From Mustelus asterias (lineage: Eukaryota), in NCBI RefSeq assembly GCF_964213995.1, contig NW_027590154.1, positions 806,001 to 870,000 on the forward strand: 64,000 bases of DNA, in the 5' to 3' direction. The notes under the pieces are model-generated. The model ran no database searches, had not been told where the DNA came from, and saw only the letters and a list, made by a program, of their open reading frames with translations. Below are positions 23,711 to 35,568 of the stretch, in pieces. The number at the start of each line of letters is the position of its first letter. The first letter of the stretch is position 1. The position numbers were made by a program, and so were the translations under genes.

Positions 23711-25316
23711 GGTTGACATACTTCATGCGAAGCCTGATTATTTTTGGAAAAATCTTTTGTTTTTGCATTTGCACATTATAAATAGAGGCAAGAATTCTAT
23801 CTGATTTTTAAAGTGCAATTTGAACCAACACCTTCAGCGTTTTCCTTACAAACATCGAAAGTTCTTTCCCTCCAATTACCTAATTTTTAACTGCAGCAAA
23901 CTATTGTAAATTTCACTCCAATCAAAGTGAATGGTCATTCAAAACTCGCATCCGTCCGTCCGGTTTCTAACCGTCATGAAAACTTGCCCTAATTTCTCTC
24001 AGTTGTCGGTTGGTTCAGTCTGTTCAGTTTCCGCAGTGGTTTTACTGTTACTCACTGGGAACTGCCTTCAGGGTATGTGAGAATTTCAATCCTTTTAGTC
24101 CATTGGCTGATTGTTCCCTGTTCTTTCTGAACACAATAGTCTCTGAGTGAACATTCTACACTTTCCACTTAACACGAATGGGCCACTCGGTTCAGCTGGT
24201 CGAAGATTGTCCTCGTCCGCCCCTTCACCTCTCGAACCGGAAATAACCATTTCCATCCTGAGCTGTGTGTCTTTTTATTCCTCACTCCCAAGCTGTTCCA
24301 TAAATTCATCACGCCGTTTCTCCAAAGAGCGAGTTTCACATTCTGATGTGTCTCCGTGTAAATATACCCGAATGTTTCTATCTCTCCTGATAGACATTTC
24401 ATATTCCATATATAAATATCTACTTCTTCTGGGGAACCTGGTTCGAATCCTGCCTCGGCAGTTGGTGGAATTTGACTTCAATTTTAAAAATCTGAAGTTA
24501 AGTATCTGCTGCTGACCGTGAAACCATTTCCGATGTTCAGAAAAAGCCACAGCAATGTGATTGACTCTCAACTGCCCTTAAAAATGGCCCAGCCAGCCAT
24601 TGATTTGAAGGGCGACCAGGGATGCACAATAAATGATGGCCAACCAGCGACGCCATGTCACACGAATGATTTAAAGAAAGAAACAGCTCTCCCACCGAAG
24701 GACCAGTTTCTGCACATGGAACTCCTTGAAACTACAATATAATGTTCGGTGTTTCAATGCCGTTTTTCATGCCTTACGGGCCTTCGAGAGCGAAAGTCAA
24801 AGCTTTTGCAAACTTTCGATATCCATACACATGATTGATTATTTATATTCTCTGGAGTGTAAGAAATTCATGCTGATAATAAGATACATGAGAAATAGAA
24901 ACATGGTAGACCAATCCACCTTGGGGACCCGCTGTACAATTCAGGAATGTTCAGATCTGATCATCTACCTTAATGCTAACTGTGCGTCCTATTTCCAAAT
25001 CCATTGATTCCATTAGTACTCAAAAATAAAATCCATGGAACGGTTCAGCACCCTCAGCCTCGACACAGCCCAATTCTTGAGATTCAGTATGCTTCAGTGA
25101 GCACAATCGCATGTTTTTGAAATCGACAAAAAACATAATGCAAACAGATTTTTCCACCATCAGCGATCAATATGTGGAAGAGAATTCAATTCTAACGTTT
25201 TGGAATTCTGCCAAAATAATTGTTTATAGGAAGGAAATAAAAATCCGACAGGATATAATTATTTTTAGTCACTGATTGCGCATGAAATGTCGCCGACAAC
25301 TATAAAATTAGCTCTT

Positions 25317-27846
25317 AACATAGAACATAGAACAGTACAGCACAGAACAGGCCCTTCGGCCCACGATGTTGTGCCGAGCTTTATCTGAAACCAAGATCAA
25401 GCTATCCCATTCCCTATCATCCTGGTGTGCTCCATGTGCCTATCCAATAACCGCTTAATTGTTCCTAAAGTGTCTGACTCGACTATCACAGCAGGCAGTC
25501 CATTCCACACCCCAACCACTCACTGCGTAAAGAACCTACCTCTGATATCCTTCCTGTATCTCCCACTACGAACCCTATAGTTATGCCCCCTTGTAATAGC
25601 TCCATTCACCCGAGGAAATAGTCTTTGAACGTTCACTCTATCTATCCCCTTCATCATTTTATAAACCTCTGTTAAGTCTCCCCTCAGCCTCCTCCGCTAC
25701 AGAAAGAACAGCCCTAGCTCCCTCAACCTTTCCTCATAAGACCTACCCTCCAAACCAGGCAGCATCCTGGTAAATCTCCTCTGCACTCTTTCCAGCGCTT
25801 CCACATCCTTCTTATAGTGAGGTGACCAGAACTGCACACAATATTCCAAATGTGGTCTCACCAAGGTCCGTACAGTTGCAGCATAACCGCACGGCTCTTA
25901 AACTCCAACCCCCTGATAATAAAAGCTAACACACTATAGGCCTTCTTCACAGCTCTATCCACTTGAGTGGCAACCTTTAGAGATCTGTGGATATGAACCC
26001 CAAGATCTCTCTGTTCCTCCGCAGTCTTCACAACCCTACATTTGACCCTGTAATCCACATTTAAATTAGTCCTACCAAAATGAATCACCTCACATTTATT
26101 AGGGTTAAACTCCATTTGCCATTTTTCAGCCCAGCTTTGCATCCTATCTATTTCTCTTTGCAGCCTACAACAGCCCTCCACCTCATCCACTACTCCACCA
26201 ATCTTGGTGTCATCAGCAAATTTACTGATCCACCCTTCAGCCCCCTCCTCTAAGTCATTAATAAAACTCACAAAGAGCAGAGGACCAAGCACTGACCCTG
26301 CGGCACTCCGCTAGCAACCTGCCTCCAATCTGAATATTTTCCATCGACCACCACCCTCTGTCTTCGATCAGACAGCCAGTTACCTATCCAATCGGCCAAC
26401 TTTCCCTCTATCCCACACCTCCTCACTTTCATCATAAGCCGACCATGGGGGACCTTATCAAACGCCTTACTAAAATCCATGTATATGACATCAACTGCCC
26501 TACCTTCATCAACACACTTAGTTGCCCCCTCAAAAAATTCTATCAAATTTGTGAGGCACGACTTGCCCTTCACGAATCCGTGCTGACTATCTCGGATTAA
26601 TCCACATCTTTCTAAATGGTCGTAAATCCCATCTCTAAGGATCTTTTCCATCAATTTACCAACCACCGAAGTAAGACTAACCGGTCTATAATTACCAGGG
26701 TCATTTCTATTCCCTTTCGTAAACAGAGGAACAACATTCGCCATTCTCCAGTCTTCTGGCACCATCCCCGTGGACAGCGAGGACTCAAAGATCAAAGCCA
26801 AAGACTCTGCAATCCCATCCCTTGCCTCCCAAAGAATCCTAGGATACATTTCATCAGGCCCAGGGGACTTATCGACCTTCAGTTTATTCAAAACTGCCAG
26901 GACATCCTCCCTCCGAACATCTATTTCCTCCAGCCTATTAGCATGTAACACCTTCTCTTCCTCAAAAACATGGCCCCTCTCCTTGGTGAACACTGAAGAA
27001 AAGTATTCATTCATCACCTCGCCTATCTCTACTGACTCCATACACAAGTTCCCACTACTGTCCTTGACCGGCCCTAACCTCACACTGGTCATTCTTTTAT
27101 TCCTCACATAAGAGTAAAAAGCCTTGGGGTTTTCCTTGATCCGACCCGCCAAGGGCTTCTCGTGTCCCCTCCTAGCTCTCCCAAGCCCCTTTTTCAGCTC
27201 ATTCCTTGCTAACTTGTAACCCTCAATCGAGGCATCTGAACCTTGTTTCCTCATCCCTACATAAGCTTCCCTCTTCCTTTTCACAAGACATTCCACCTCT
27301 TTCGTGAACCATGGTTCCCTCACTCGGCCATTTCCTCCCTGCCTGACAGGAACGTACCTATCAAGGACATCCAGTATTTGTTCCTTGAAAAAGTTCCACT
27401 TTTCATTAGTTCCTTTCTCTGACAGTTTCTGTTCCCAACTTATGCCCCCTAATTCTTACCTAATCGCATCATAATTACCTCTCCCCCAATTGTAAACCTT
27501 GCCCTGCCGTACGGCCATATCCCTCTCCATTGCAATAACAAAAGACACCGAATTGTGGTCACTATCTCCAAAGTGCTCTCCCACAACCAAATCTAACACT
27601 TGGCCCGATTCATTTCCCAGTCCCAAATCCAATGTGGCCTCACCTCTTGTCGGCCTATCCACATATTGTGTCAGGAAACCCTCCTGCGCACACTGCACAA
27701 AAACTGCCCCATCCGAACTATTTGACCTACAAAGGCTCCAATCAATATTTGGAAAGTTAAAGTCCCCCATGATAACTACCCTGTGACCCCCACACATATC
27801 CATAATCTGCTTAGCAATTTCTTCCTCCACATCTCTATTACTATAG
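25317..27846 (-). mobile_element. 5'-truncated CR1 LINE (ORF2: end of endonuclease, RT, 3' UTR), frameshifted
   Basis: ORFs 27456-27830 (MGDFNFPNIDW, SDHN), 26268-27323 and 25858-26292 (KFADD); tail at 25317; candidate 7-bp TSD AGCTCTT at 25310-25316 and 27847-27853. Confidence 0.95.
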
Positions 27847-28439
27847 AGCTCTTGAAGCTATTTGGGTCTTGTTCCTGTTTTCCTGTCACTGCAGGTACTG
27901 GATCTGCCGCTGCAATTTTGGGTTGCCTCTCCCGGTACCTCATTGACATTTCCTGGAGCAGAGAGAAATCCTGTGCTCAGTGGCTCCGCTTTCTCCCAGC
28001 GGGGAGCGGGGTTCGGAGTGTCCACAAGGTGCTTTTTATTCATTGATGAGAAATGGGTGTCGACGCTGCCCATCTCCAGTTACCCAGAGGCAGTTGAGAG
28101 TCAGACACATTGCTGTGGCTCTACAGTCACATGTACGCCAGACAGGTAAAGACGGCAGATTTCCTTCCCTGAAGGACATTGGTGAAGCAGATGGGGTTTT
28201 CTGACCATCGTCAATGGTTTCATGGTCATCAGTCGATTCTTAATTCCAGATATGTTCATTGAATTGAAATTCCTCCATCTGCCCTGGCGGGCTCCCAGAA
28301 CTTTAGCTGTGTTTTTGAATTCATTGTCCGGTGATAATTCCTCTTGGTCACGGCCTCCCCTAATGGGCGCTCACTGAAACCAGTTAGGAGAGTGAGAGTG
28401 CAGGCTGTTGTGAGGATTAACCGATGCCTTCCTTAATCC

Positions 28440-28990
28440 ATGATTTGAAGATGCCGGCGTTGGAATGGGGTGGGGACGGTAAGAAGTCTCACAACACCAG
28501 GTTAAAGTCCAACAGCTTTATTTGGAATCACGAGCTTTCCGACTGCTGCTACTTCCTCAGGTGAGTGGAGAGTTGGGTTCGCAAACACGGTATATATAGA
28601 CATAGACGCAATTCCAAGGTAATGGTTGGAATGCGAGTCTCTGAGGACGGCCTCAGCCGGGATCTTGGGTTCATTTCACACTACATGCAACCTCCATCAT
28701 TTTGCCTGGGCTTGCAATGTCCTACCATCTGTCCTGGCTTGAGGTAATTCACACATCTTTCACCTGTGATTATCCCTCTCTCCACTCGCGTTGTCTGCAC
28801 CTGTAAAGACTTGATGACCTGTAAAGACTTGCATCCCAACCATTGCATTGCAATTGTGTTTCTTTCTATATATGCCGTGTTTGTGAACCCAACTCTCCAC
28901 TCACCTAAGAAAGGAGCAGCGCTCCGAAAGTTCGTAATTCCAAAGAAACCCGTTGGCCTTTCATCTAGCGTTGGGAGACGTTTTACTGTT
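28440..28990 (+). mobile_element. Penelope-like element 3' end with an inverted upstream pseudo-LTR copy
   Basis: Encodes EDGLSRDLGFISHY (the C-terminus typical of Penelope GIY-YIG ORFs) followed by a 3' UTR; 28440-28640 is an inverted copy of the 3' terminus. Confidence 0.8.
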
Positions 28991-29283
28991 CCTTAAACCA
29001 ATAATAGTCCAGATTGGGTAAACTGAACCTCCCTCCCTGTGGGATACCTGTCCTTCGGGGTCTCACATTGCTTCAATCTGGTCTCATAGCCTGACTCTTC
29101 GAGTTGTGAGACTCTTCGGTTTCTTAATCTGCTCCCAGGTCTAAATCTGCAGTTGAAAATCTTCCACTGGAAAACACCCTGCTTTAGAAGCAGAGAATTG
29201 AAGTGATGCTGATAACGAATTTAAACTGACGGTGAACACTAACCTAAACAGGCTGCAACATAATGGGATTAGGAGTCACTTAC

Positions 29284-29335
29284 CGGTTGTGATAGTCACC
29301 ACCATCCCAGACCCATCTGCAATCTCCATTCTCCC
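29284..29335 (-). CDS. J segment of the NAR-TCR-type cassette
   Basis: GRMEIADGSGMVVTITT + G|gtaagt phase-1 donor; GxG..V-T motif; preceded by a 23-RSS. Confidence 0.8.
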
Positions 29336-29374
29336 CACAGTGTCAGCGCTCTCAGTCAGCCCAGCACAAGAATG
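29336..29374 (+). promoter_or_regulatory. 23-RSS of the J segment
   Basis: cacagtg + 23 bp + acaagaatg. Confidence 0.8.
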
Positions 29375-29708
29375 TCTGACACCTCAAACTGCCGAGCAGC
29401 CATTACCGAGCAATCAGTGTTTCTCGATTATTCAGGGGATTTGAATCAATAATGAACATTGGATGTTTAAAAAAAACCTCATTGGACCAAACTTTTCCTT
29501 GTGACTCTCTGAGTTCCTGGTAAAATTTCCCAGGAACAGGAGCAGAGATGCAAGATTCTTATTAATGGCGAAAAACCTGGAAGAATTATAACTGATAGGT
29601 GGAAATTAAAATGAAATTAAACTAGATTGAACTGGGAATAACATCAACCCGACAAGTCAAGTTACCGAACATGGGAATTGCTGGGAATTACTGTTTTGAT
29701 TGTCCTGA

Positions 29709-29736
29709 GGGTTTTGTCGATCTCTCTCCCAGTGCG
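29709..29736 (-). promoter_or_regulatory. 12-RSS of the NAR-type V (heptamer mutated)
   Basis: cgcactg + ggagagagatcg (12 bp) + acaaaaccc. Confidence 0.6.
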
Positions 29737-30220
29737 GTGTCCTATGTGAGTAGTACCAGTGCTGAACTTTACAGTAATCGGTGGCACTGTCTTCAACTCT
29801 CACATCCCGAATTTCCAGTGAAAATGTCTTTTCTGCTTTATTCACCAATACAATAAATCTCCCTCCGCTGGAGATCCGCTCCTGCTCCGTCCCGGTCTGG
29901 ATTTGTCTGAAAAAATGACCATTTTCTAAATCATGAACTTCACAGAAAACACAGGTGATGGTAAGAGACTGACACTCCTTCCTGGTCAACGCTGCCAGGC
30001 TCTGTGCCACTGGCAGATTGAAAGATCCTGGAAATTAAACACAGAGAGTTTAATGGACCATCAGAGCCGAACCAAACAAAGGGGCTAAAATCCGAGACAG
30101 TGTCCGTAATTGAGATGGACACGAGGCAGCTTTATATTCAATCCACGCAATGTGGGTTAGTTTGATCGGTACTCATCAGGGTAAACAGGCACACAGGGTG
30201 AAAACAAGAAGGATTCCCAT
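29737..30220 (-). pseudogene. IgNAR-like V segment (NAR-TCR V), probably inactivated. Leader 30179-30220, V exon 29737-30027
   Basis: SFNLPVAQSLAALTRKECQSLTITCVFC...FFRQIQTGTEQERISSGGRFIVLVNKAEKTFSLEIRDVRVEDSATDYCK. VNAR-like short CDR2 region and an extra FR1 Cys. Leader MGILLVFTLCACLP is followed by TGA with no GT donor (gatgagt), and YYC reads DYC. Confidence 0.8.
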
Positions 30221-30544
30221 CGTTCTGCTGTCTGGAGCTGACGGTTTATATGCCAGGGAGCTGAGGCTACAGAGCTGGACTGCTCTGGGAGACTGGCTCT
30301 CAGAGCTGCACTGAAGTCTTTCAGACCCGAACATCGGTGAATTCAGCCACGCCCACAGTTTAAAATGAAACTCCAGTATTTAAATGGGGAACTGAGCTGT
30401 GAATTTTCAGTCGAAACTCCCGGCAGCGAGAATCCAGAATTTCAGCAGGTGATCGACAGTTGTGGGTGGCGTGCTCGACTTGGTTTCGAATAGATTATTT
30501 ATTGTTATTGATTCAATGGATGTGGGCTTCGCTGGCGATGCCAG

Positions 30545-31935
30545 TAGAGTCATAGAGTCATAGAGGTTTACAGCATGGAAACAGGCCCTTCGGCCCAACT
30601 TGTCCATGCCGCCCTTTTTTTTTTAAACCACTAAGCGAATCCCAATTGCCCGCATTTGGCCCTTATCCCTCTATACTCATCGTACCCATGTAACTATCTA
30701 AATGCTTTTTAAAAGACAAAATTGTACCCGCCTCCACTACTACCTCACCACCCTCTGTGTGAAGAAAAGGCCACTCTGGACACTTTTGTGTCTCTCCCCT
30801 CTCACCTTAAACCTATGCCCTCTAGTTTTAGACTCTGCAAGTCTGGGAAAAGATATTGACTATCTAGCTGGTCTATGCCCCTCATTATTTTAAAGACCTC
30901 CATAAGATCACCCCTCAGCCTCATAGGCTCCAGAGAAAAAAGTACCAGTCTATCCAGCCTCTCCTTATAACTCAATCCATCAAGTCGCGGTAGCATCCTA
31001 GTAAATCTTTTCTGCACTCTTTCTCGTTTAATAATATCCTTTCTATAATAGGGTTACTAAAATTTGCACACAGTATTCCAAGTGTGGCCTTACCAATGTC
31101 TTGTACAACTTCAACAAGACGTCCCAACTCCTGTATTCAATGTTCTGGCCGATGAATCCAAGCATGCCGAATGCCTTTTTCACCACTCTGTCCACCTGAG
31201 ACTCCACTTGAAAGTGGAGTCTCAGGTGGACCACTTGAGACTCCACTTGAGTCCACTTTGTTCTGTAACGCTTCCCAACGCCCTACCATTAACTGAGTAA
31301 GTCCTGCCCTGGTTCAAACTACCAAAATACATCACCTCGCCTTTCTCTAAATTAAACTCCATCTGCCATTCGGCAGCCCAGTGGCCCAATCAAGATCCCG
31401 TTGCAATTGAAGATAACTTTCTTCACTGTCCACTATGCCACCAATCTTACTGTCATCTGCAAACTTAGTAACCATGCCTCCTATATTCTCATCCAAATCA
31501 TTAATATAAATGGCAAATAACAGTGGACCCAGCACTGATCCCTGAGGCACACTGCTGGTCACAGGCCTCCAGTTTGAAAAACAACCCTCTACAACCAACC
31601 TCTGGCTTCCATCAAGAAGTCAATTTTGTATCCATTTAGATACCTCACCCTGGATCCCGTGAGATTTAACCTCATGCAACAACCGACCATGCGGTACTTT
31701 GTGAAAGGCCTTGCTAAAGTCCATGTAGACAACATCGACTGCACTGCCCTCATCTACCTTCTTGGTTACCTCTTCAAAAAACTCAATCAAATTTGTGAGA
31801 CATGATTTTCCCCTCACAAAGTCATGCTGCCTGTCCCTAATCAGTCATTGCGTCTCTAAATTCCTGTAGATTCTGTCTCTCAAAATACCTTCCAACAATT
31901 TACCCACTACAGATGTGAGGCTCACGGGCCTATTC
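30545..31935 (-). mobile_element. CR1 LINE 3' fragment, decayed
   Basis: [43 protein letters not shown]; simple-repeat tail. Confidence 0.93.
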
Positions 31936-33447
31936 CAGTAGACATTACCAATCTCTAATTGCCCTTGATAACGTGGTGGTGAACTGCCTTCTTAAGAGGT
32001 TGCAGTCTCTGCGGTGTATGTAAACACACAGCGCTGCTAGGGAGGGAATTCCAGAATATTTTCCAGGGGACAGTGAAGGAATCGAGTACATTTCCAAGTC
32101 TGGAAAGTGATAGTGTTCCGATGTGTCCTGCTCGGTTTCAGCTGTTGTGTGCTTGAAATGTACCGCTTAACGAGGCTTGGTGAGTTCCTGCAGTGCATCG
32201 TGTATGTAATGCAGACGGCTGCATTGGTGGTGGAGGGAATGAATGTTTGGGTCCATTAAAACTGATTTCAAACAATCGACATGCAAAGCAAAATGAATGC
32301 TTTCTGAGGGGTGCATGCCATTATGTAACGTAATACCGCGACGGGAGAGACGATTTCGATTTTGTTTATCCCTGTATCCTAATCAAACAGGGGACCATGA
32401 TGAAGCAATATTATAGAGAGAGCCTAGTGAATTCATGAATGACAGAACGACTACGAAATAAATAACTAGAGCTTGAGAACCACCAAAAAACAAGGAGAAT
32501 CTAGCTAGCACAATAGAAATGGGGTCCAGAGAAAAATAAACATGGAAAGAAACGACTGGAATAGTCAAGACGGCTGGGATTGTTATCAACATATGTATTA
32601 ATTTCCATATGTTCTTCTGTCGGATTTTTTGACAGCTCCCACGTGGTGCGCATTGGGCAGTTTCATGATGTTTCCGGTGCTGTGTGAATGTGTTTGTGAG
32701 AATGCATGCTATTGTGACGTGATGGTCGGTGGAGTCTGTCGGCATCATTTGTACTGTCTGGGAATGACTTACATTTTATGAGGAACTTACATGTTGCATG
32801 GGACTCCTACTTCTGTTATATGAGGCCATTCGATAGCATGTGACTGTCACTGTCATTTCGATACAAAAACAGAAAATGCTGGAAAATCTCAGCAGGTCTG
32901 ACAGCATCTGCAGAGAGAAAATAGAGCCAATGTTTCGAGTCTGAATGACCCTTTGTCAGACCGCTTCGCTCCACAGATGCTGTCAGACCTGCTGGGATTT
33001 TCCAGCATTTTCTGTTTTTGTTCCAGATTCCAGCTTCAGTAGTTTTTTAAATCTTACTATCATTCCGATTTTCATCAGTTCTAATGTCACTGAGCTATGC
33101 TGCCTGCTGCCTCGTAGCTATAATATTTTTTAGCTGTATCATTATAATGAACATTTCACATGATAAACATCCGTTACTTTTGCCCAAGTATTAAGTAATT
33201 CAACTCAAAATTACCCAGGCTGCAGGAGACATAAAGACTAGATCGTCCCCTCCCTGGAATATCGCAATATTCTAACCCCTCCCAGAATGAACCTGGAAAA
33301 TGAATGCTGAATCTGTTTGTTCAAGTCAGTGTAAATAATGTTGGAAATTAATTGCGTCCCTGTAGATTTCCAACAGTATTAATGTGGGTGCCTGTGACTT
33401 TGTGACAGAGAATCTTTGTGTTTAACTGTCATCGTTTCTCATACAGA

Positions 33448-35568
33448 ATGCACGGGCGAATATCTGGTGTAGTTTATGCCATTTACTATCCAATTCTTGC
33501 TGCCATTGGGGTTCCGGGTAAGTCGTGGTACTAAATCATTAACTTGACGCATCATTGATTTATGAAGTTAGCGCTCATTATGGTAATAAAGAACATGACA
33601 TAATTGTTTCCAGCTTTCTTCTAAAACATTATTGCTCAGTGGTAGCCTGTCTTTTCATCACTTAAGTATGTATTTTATTTAAACTTAAGCCTTACTCATT
33701 AAGTCTCTGACACATTCAATACTCTGTGGCTGTTCTTGCCAGTATGTGTATACCGAGGTGAGGTTATTCATATCTTTGTAACCTATAGTTCCTGGGCATT
33801 CAGCTACAGGGATAACGTGAGAAAACATTTCCAGCAATACAATCTTTGGGCATGATTCCAAAATCAGCGGGCACAACCTTCCAGTATTTACTCTGTCAAG
33901 CCTTTCAAGAAGTTGGTTTGTTTCAACAAGATCGTCTTTACTCTTCGAAACTCCAGACAATATATATCCTTTTTTTCACTTCTCATTACGGAACAATTAG
34001 TGTCATTGCTCAACAGATTGGAAATGTATTTTCCCAGCAAGCGGGATTTCTGATTAAAACACATCTGATGCTCCTTAAATTGTGTTAACTTGACACATCA
34101 TACTTACTGAAAATATTCCCGTGGAATCCTAACAAGCCAAACCGAATCCTTATCACATTATACGTTTTAACAACACAGGTGTAACTAATATGTCAAGCGT
34201 ATTTACAGGCTATTCTGCTTATCTGTTACATGGTCCAAAGCTTGAATGCCGAATTTTACATGCAACCCGGAGATCTACAGCCTTTCGGTCCCGAACATTG
34301 CAATTGCTGCCATTGCCATTCTTCCTCACTCTGCTCATTATATAGTTTCCTTAGGTGTATTTCATTGTCAAGTTATTCAGCATTTAACTTCATATCGCCT
34401 CCTGTTATTAGGTGTCAAATTTTGCTGCATTGCTTTCCTGTGAAGCGACTTGAGACACCCTTTGCGTTAAATTTGCAACATAAATGGAGTCTGCCCTTGT
34501 AGCTCTTTTTGAAATATAATTAACCTTGAAAAGCCAAGAATAGCTGTCTTCCATAACGAAGATAAACCAGCAAAAGTGTCAAAAAAAACCCGCAGCACCC
34601 ATGCGTGTGCTTGGAATTTGTTGAATAAATTTACAACTTTAATTTTGCTTTTGCTCTCAGTTAACTTGATGGCTATTGTGATCCTCTCCCGAGGAAGGTG
34701 TGGTCTCTCCAAATGCATCACTCGATATCTGGTTTCCATGGCAGTGACGGATCTCCTTGTCGTTGTCACTGCTGTGATATTCAACCGGATTATTGGCATT
34801 TATTTTCCAGTAAGTTTTATGTCGTTGACTCCAGCCTGTACTCTGAGTACTGTGATAATATATGCAGCCACGGAGAGTTCTGTCTGGTTAACCGTCGTTT
34901 TCACCTTTGATCGTTATGTAGCCATTTGCTGCCAGAAACTGCAAGCAAACTATTGCACCGAGAAAACTGCAGCTGTGGTGATTGGAATGGTCTGTTTGTT
35001 GAGTTGTTTAAAAAGCATTCCCTGGTATTTTATGTATGAACCGCTCTATATAATGAACAATGTGCCATGGTTTTGTAATATAAAGTCAGCTTTCTACACT
35101 TCCTTCTCATGGACAGCCTATGATTGGTTTGCACGTATATTAAATCCCATTCTGCCATTCCTTCTGATTTTGTTGTTTAATGTACTGACCGTCAGACACA
35201 TCCTGGCGGCCAGTAGATCCCGCCGTCGACTCCGGGCTCACAGCAGTGCAGATAATCAGAGTGATCCAGAAATGAAGAACAGGAAGAAATCTGTTGTTTT
35301 ACTCTTCGCCATTTCGGGAAGTTTCATTCTGTTGTGGATGACATACGTTGTGGATTTCCTCTATGTGAAAATTACAAATGAAGCATATTTCGGAGGATCC
35401 AATTTCAATGACCCAAAATTCATTCGCCAAGAAAGTGGAAACATGCTGCAGCTGCTGAGCTGTTGCACTAACACGTGTATTTATGCAGTGACGCAGAGGA
35501 AATTCCGAGAAGAATTGAAACATGCAGCAATATATATTGGCAGTCTCGTTGTAAGCATAGTAAAGTAG
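33448..35568 (+). CDS. Class A orphan GPCR, GPR139/GPR142-like family expanded in chondrichthyans. Exons 33448-33517 and 34661-35568, 325 aa
   Basis: Exon 1 MHGRISGVVYAIYYPILAAIGVP G|gtaagt splices in phase 1 to ctcag|TT AAC (VNLMAIVILSRGRCGLSKC); seven hydrophobic segments, TFDRY motif, CTNTCIY in TM7. Confidence 0.88.

Noticed and set aside
24040-24110. Candidate leader for the V at 22982-23289 (gtgagt donor on minus)
   Set aside because: The nearby ATG is followed by a stop, and the peptide is not convincingly hydrophobic.
26616-27786. Plus-strand ORFs of about 100 aa
   Set aside because: Antisense shadows of CR1 ORF2; the same applies to most short ORFs overlapping LINEs and SINEs.
29375-29708. 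Separate D segment between the NAR-type V and J
   Set aside because: No heptamer/nonamer pair found on either strand.
34576-34660. N-terminus of the GPCR as given by the ORF track (MSKKTRS...)
   Set aside because: Intronic read-through; the real first exon is 33448-33517, with a canonical donor and acceptor in phase.
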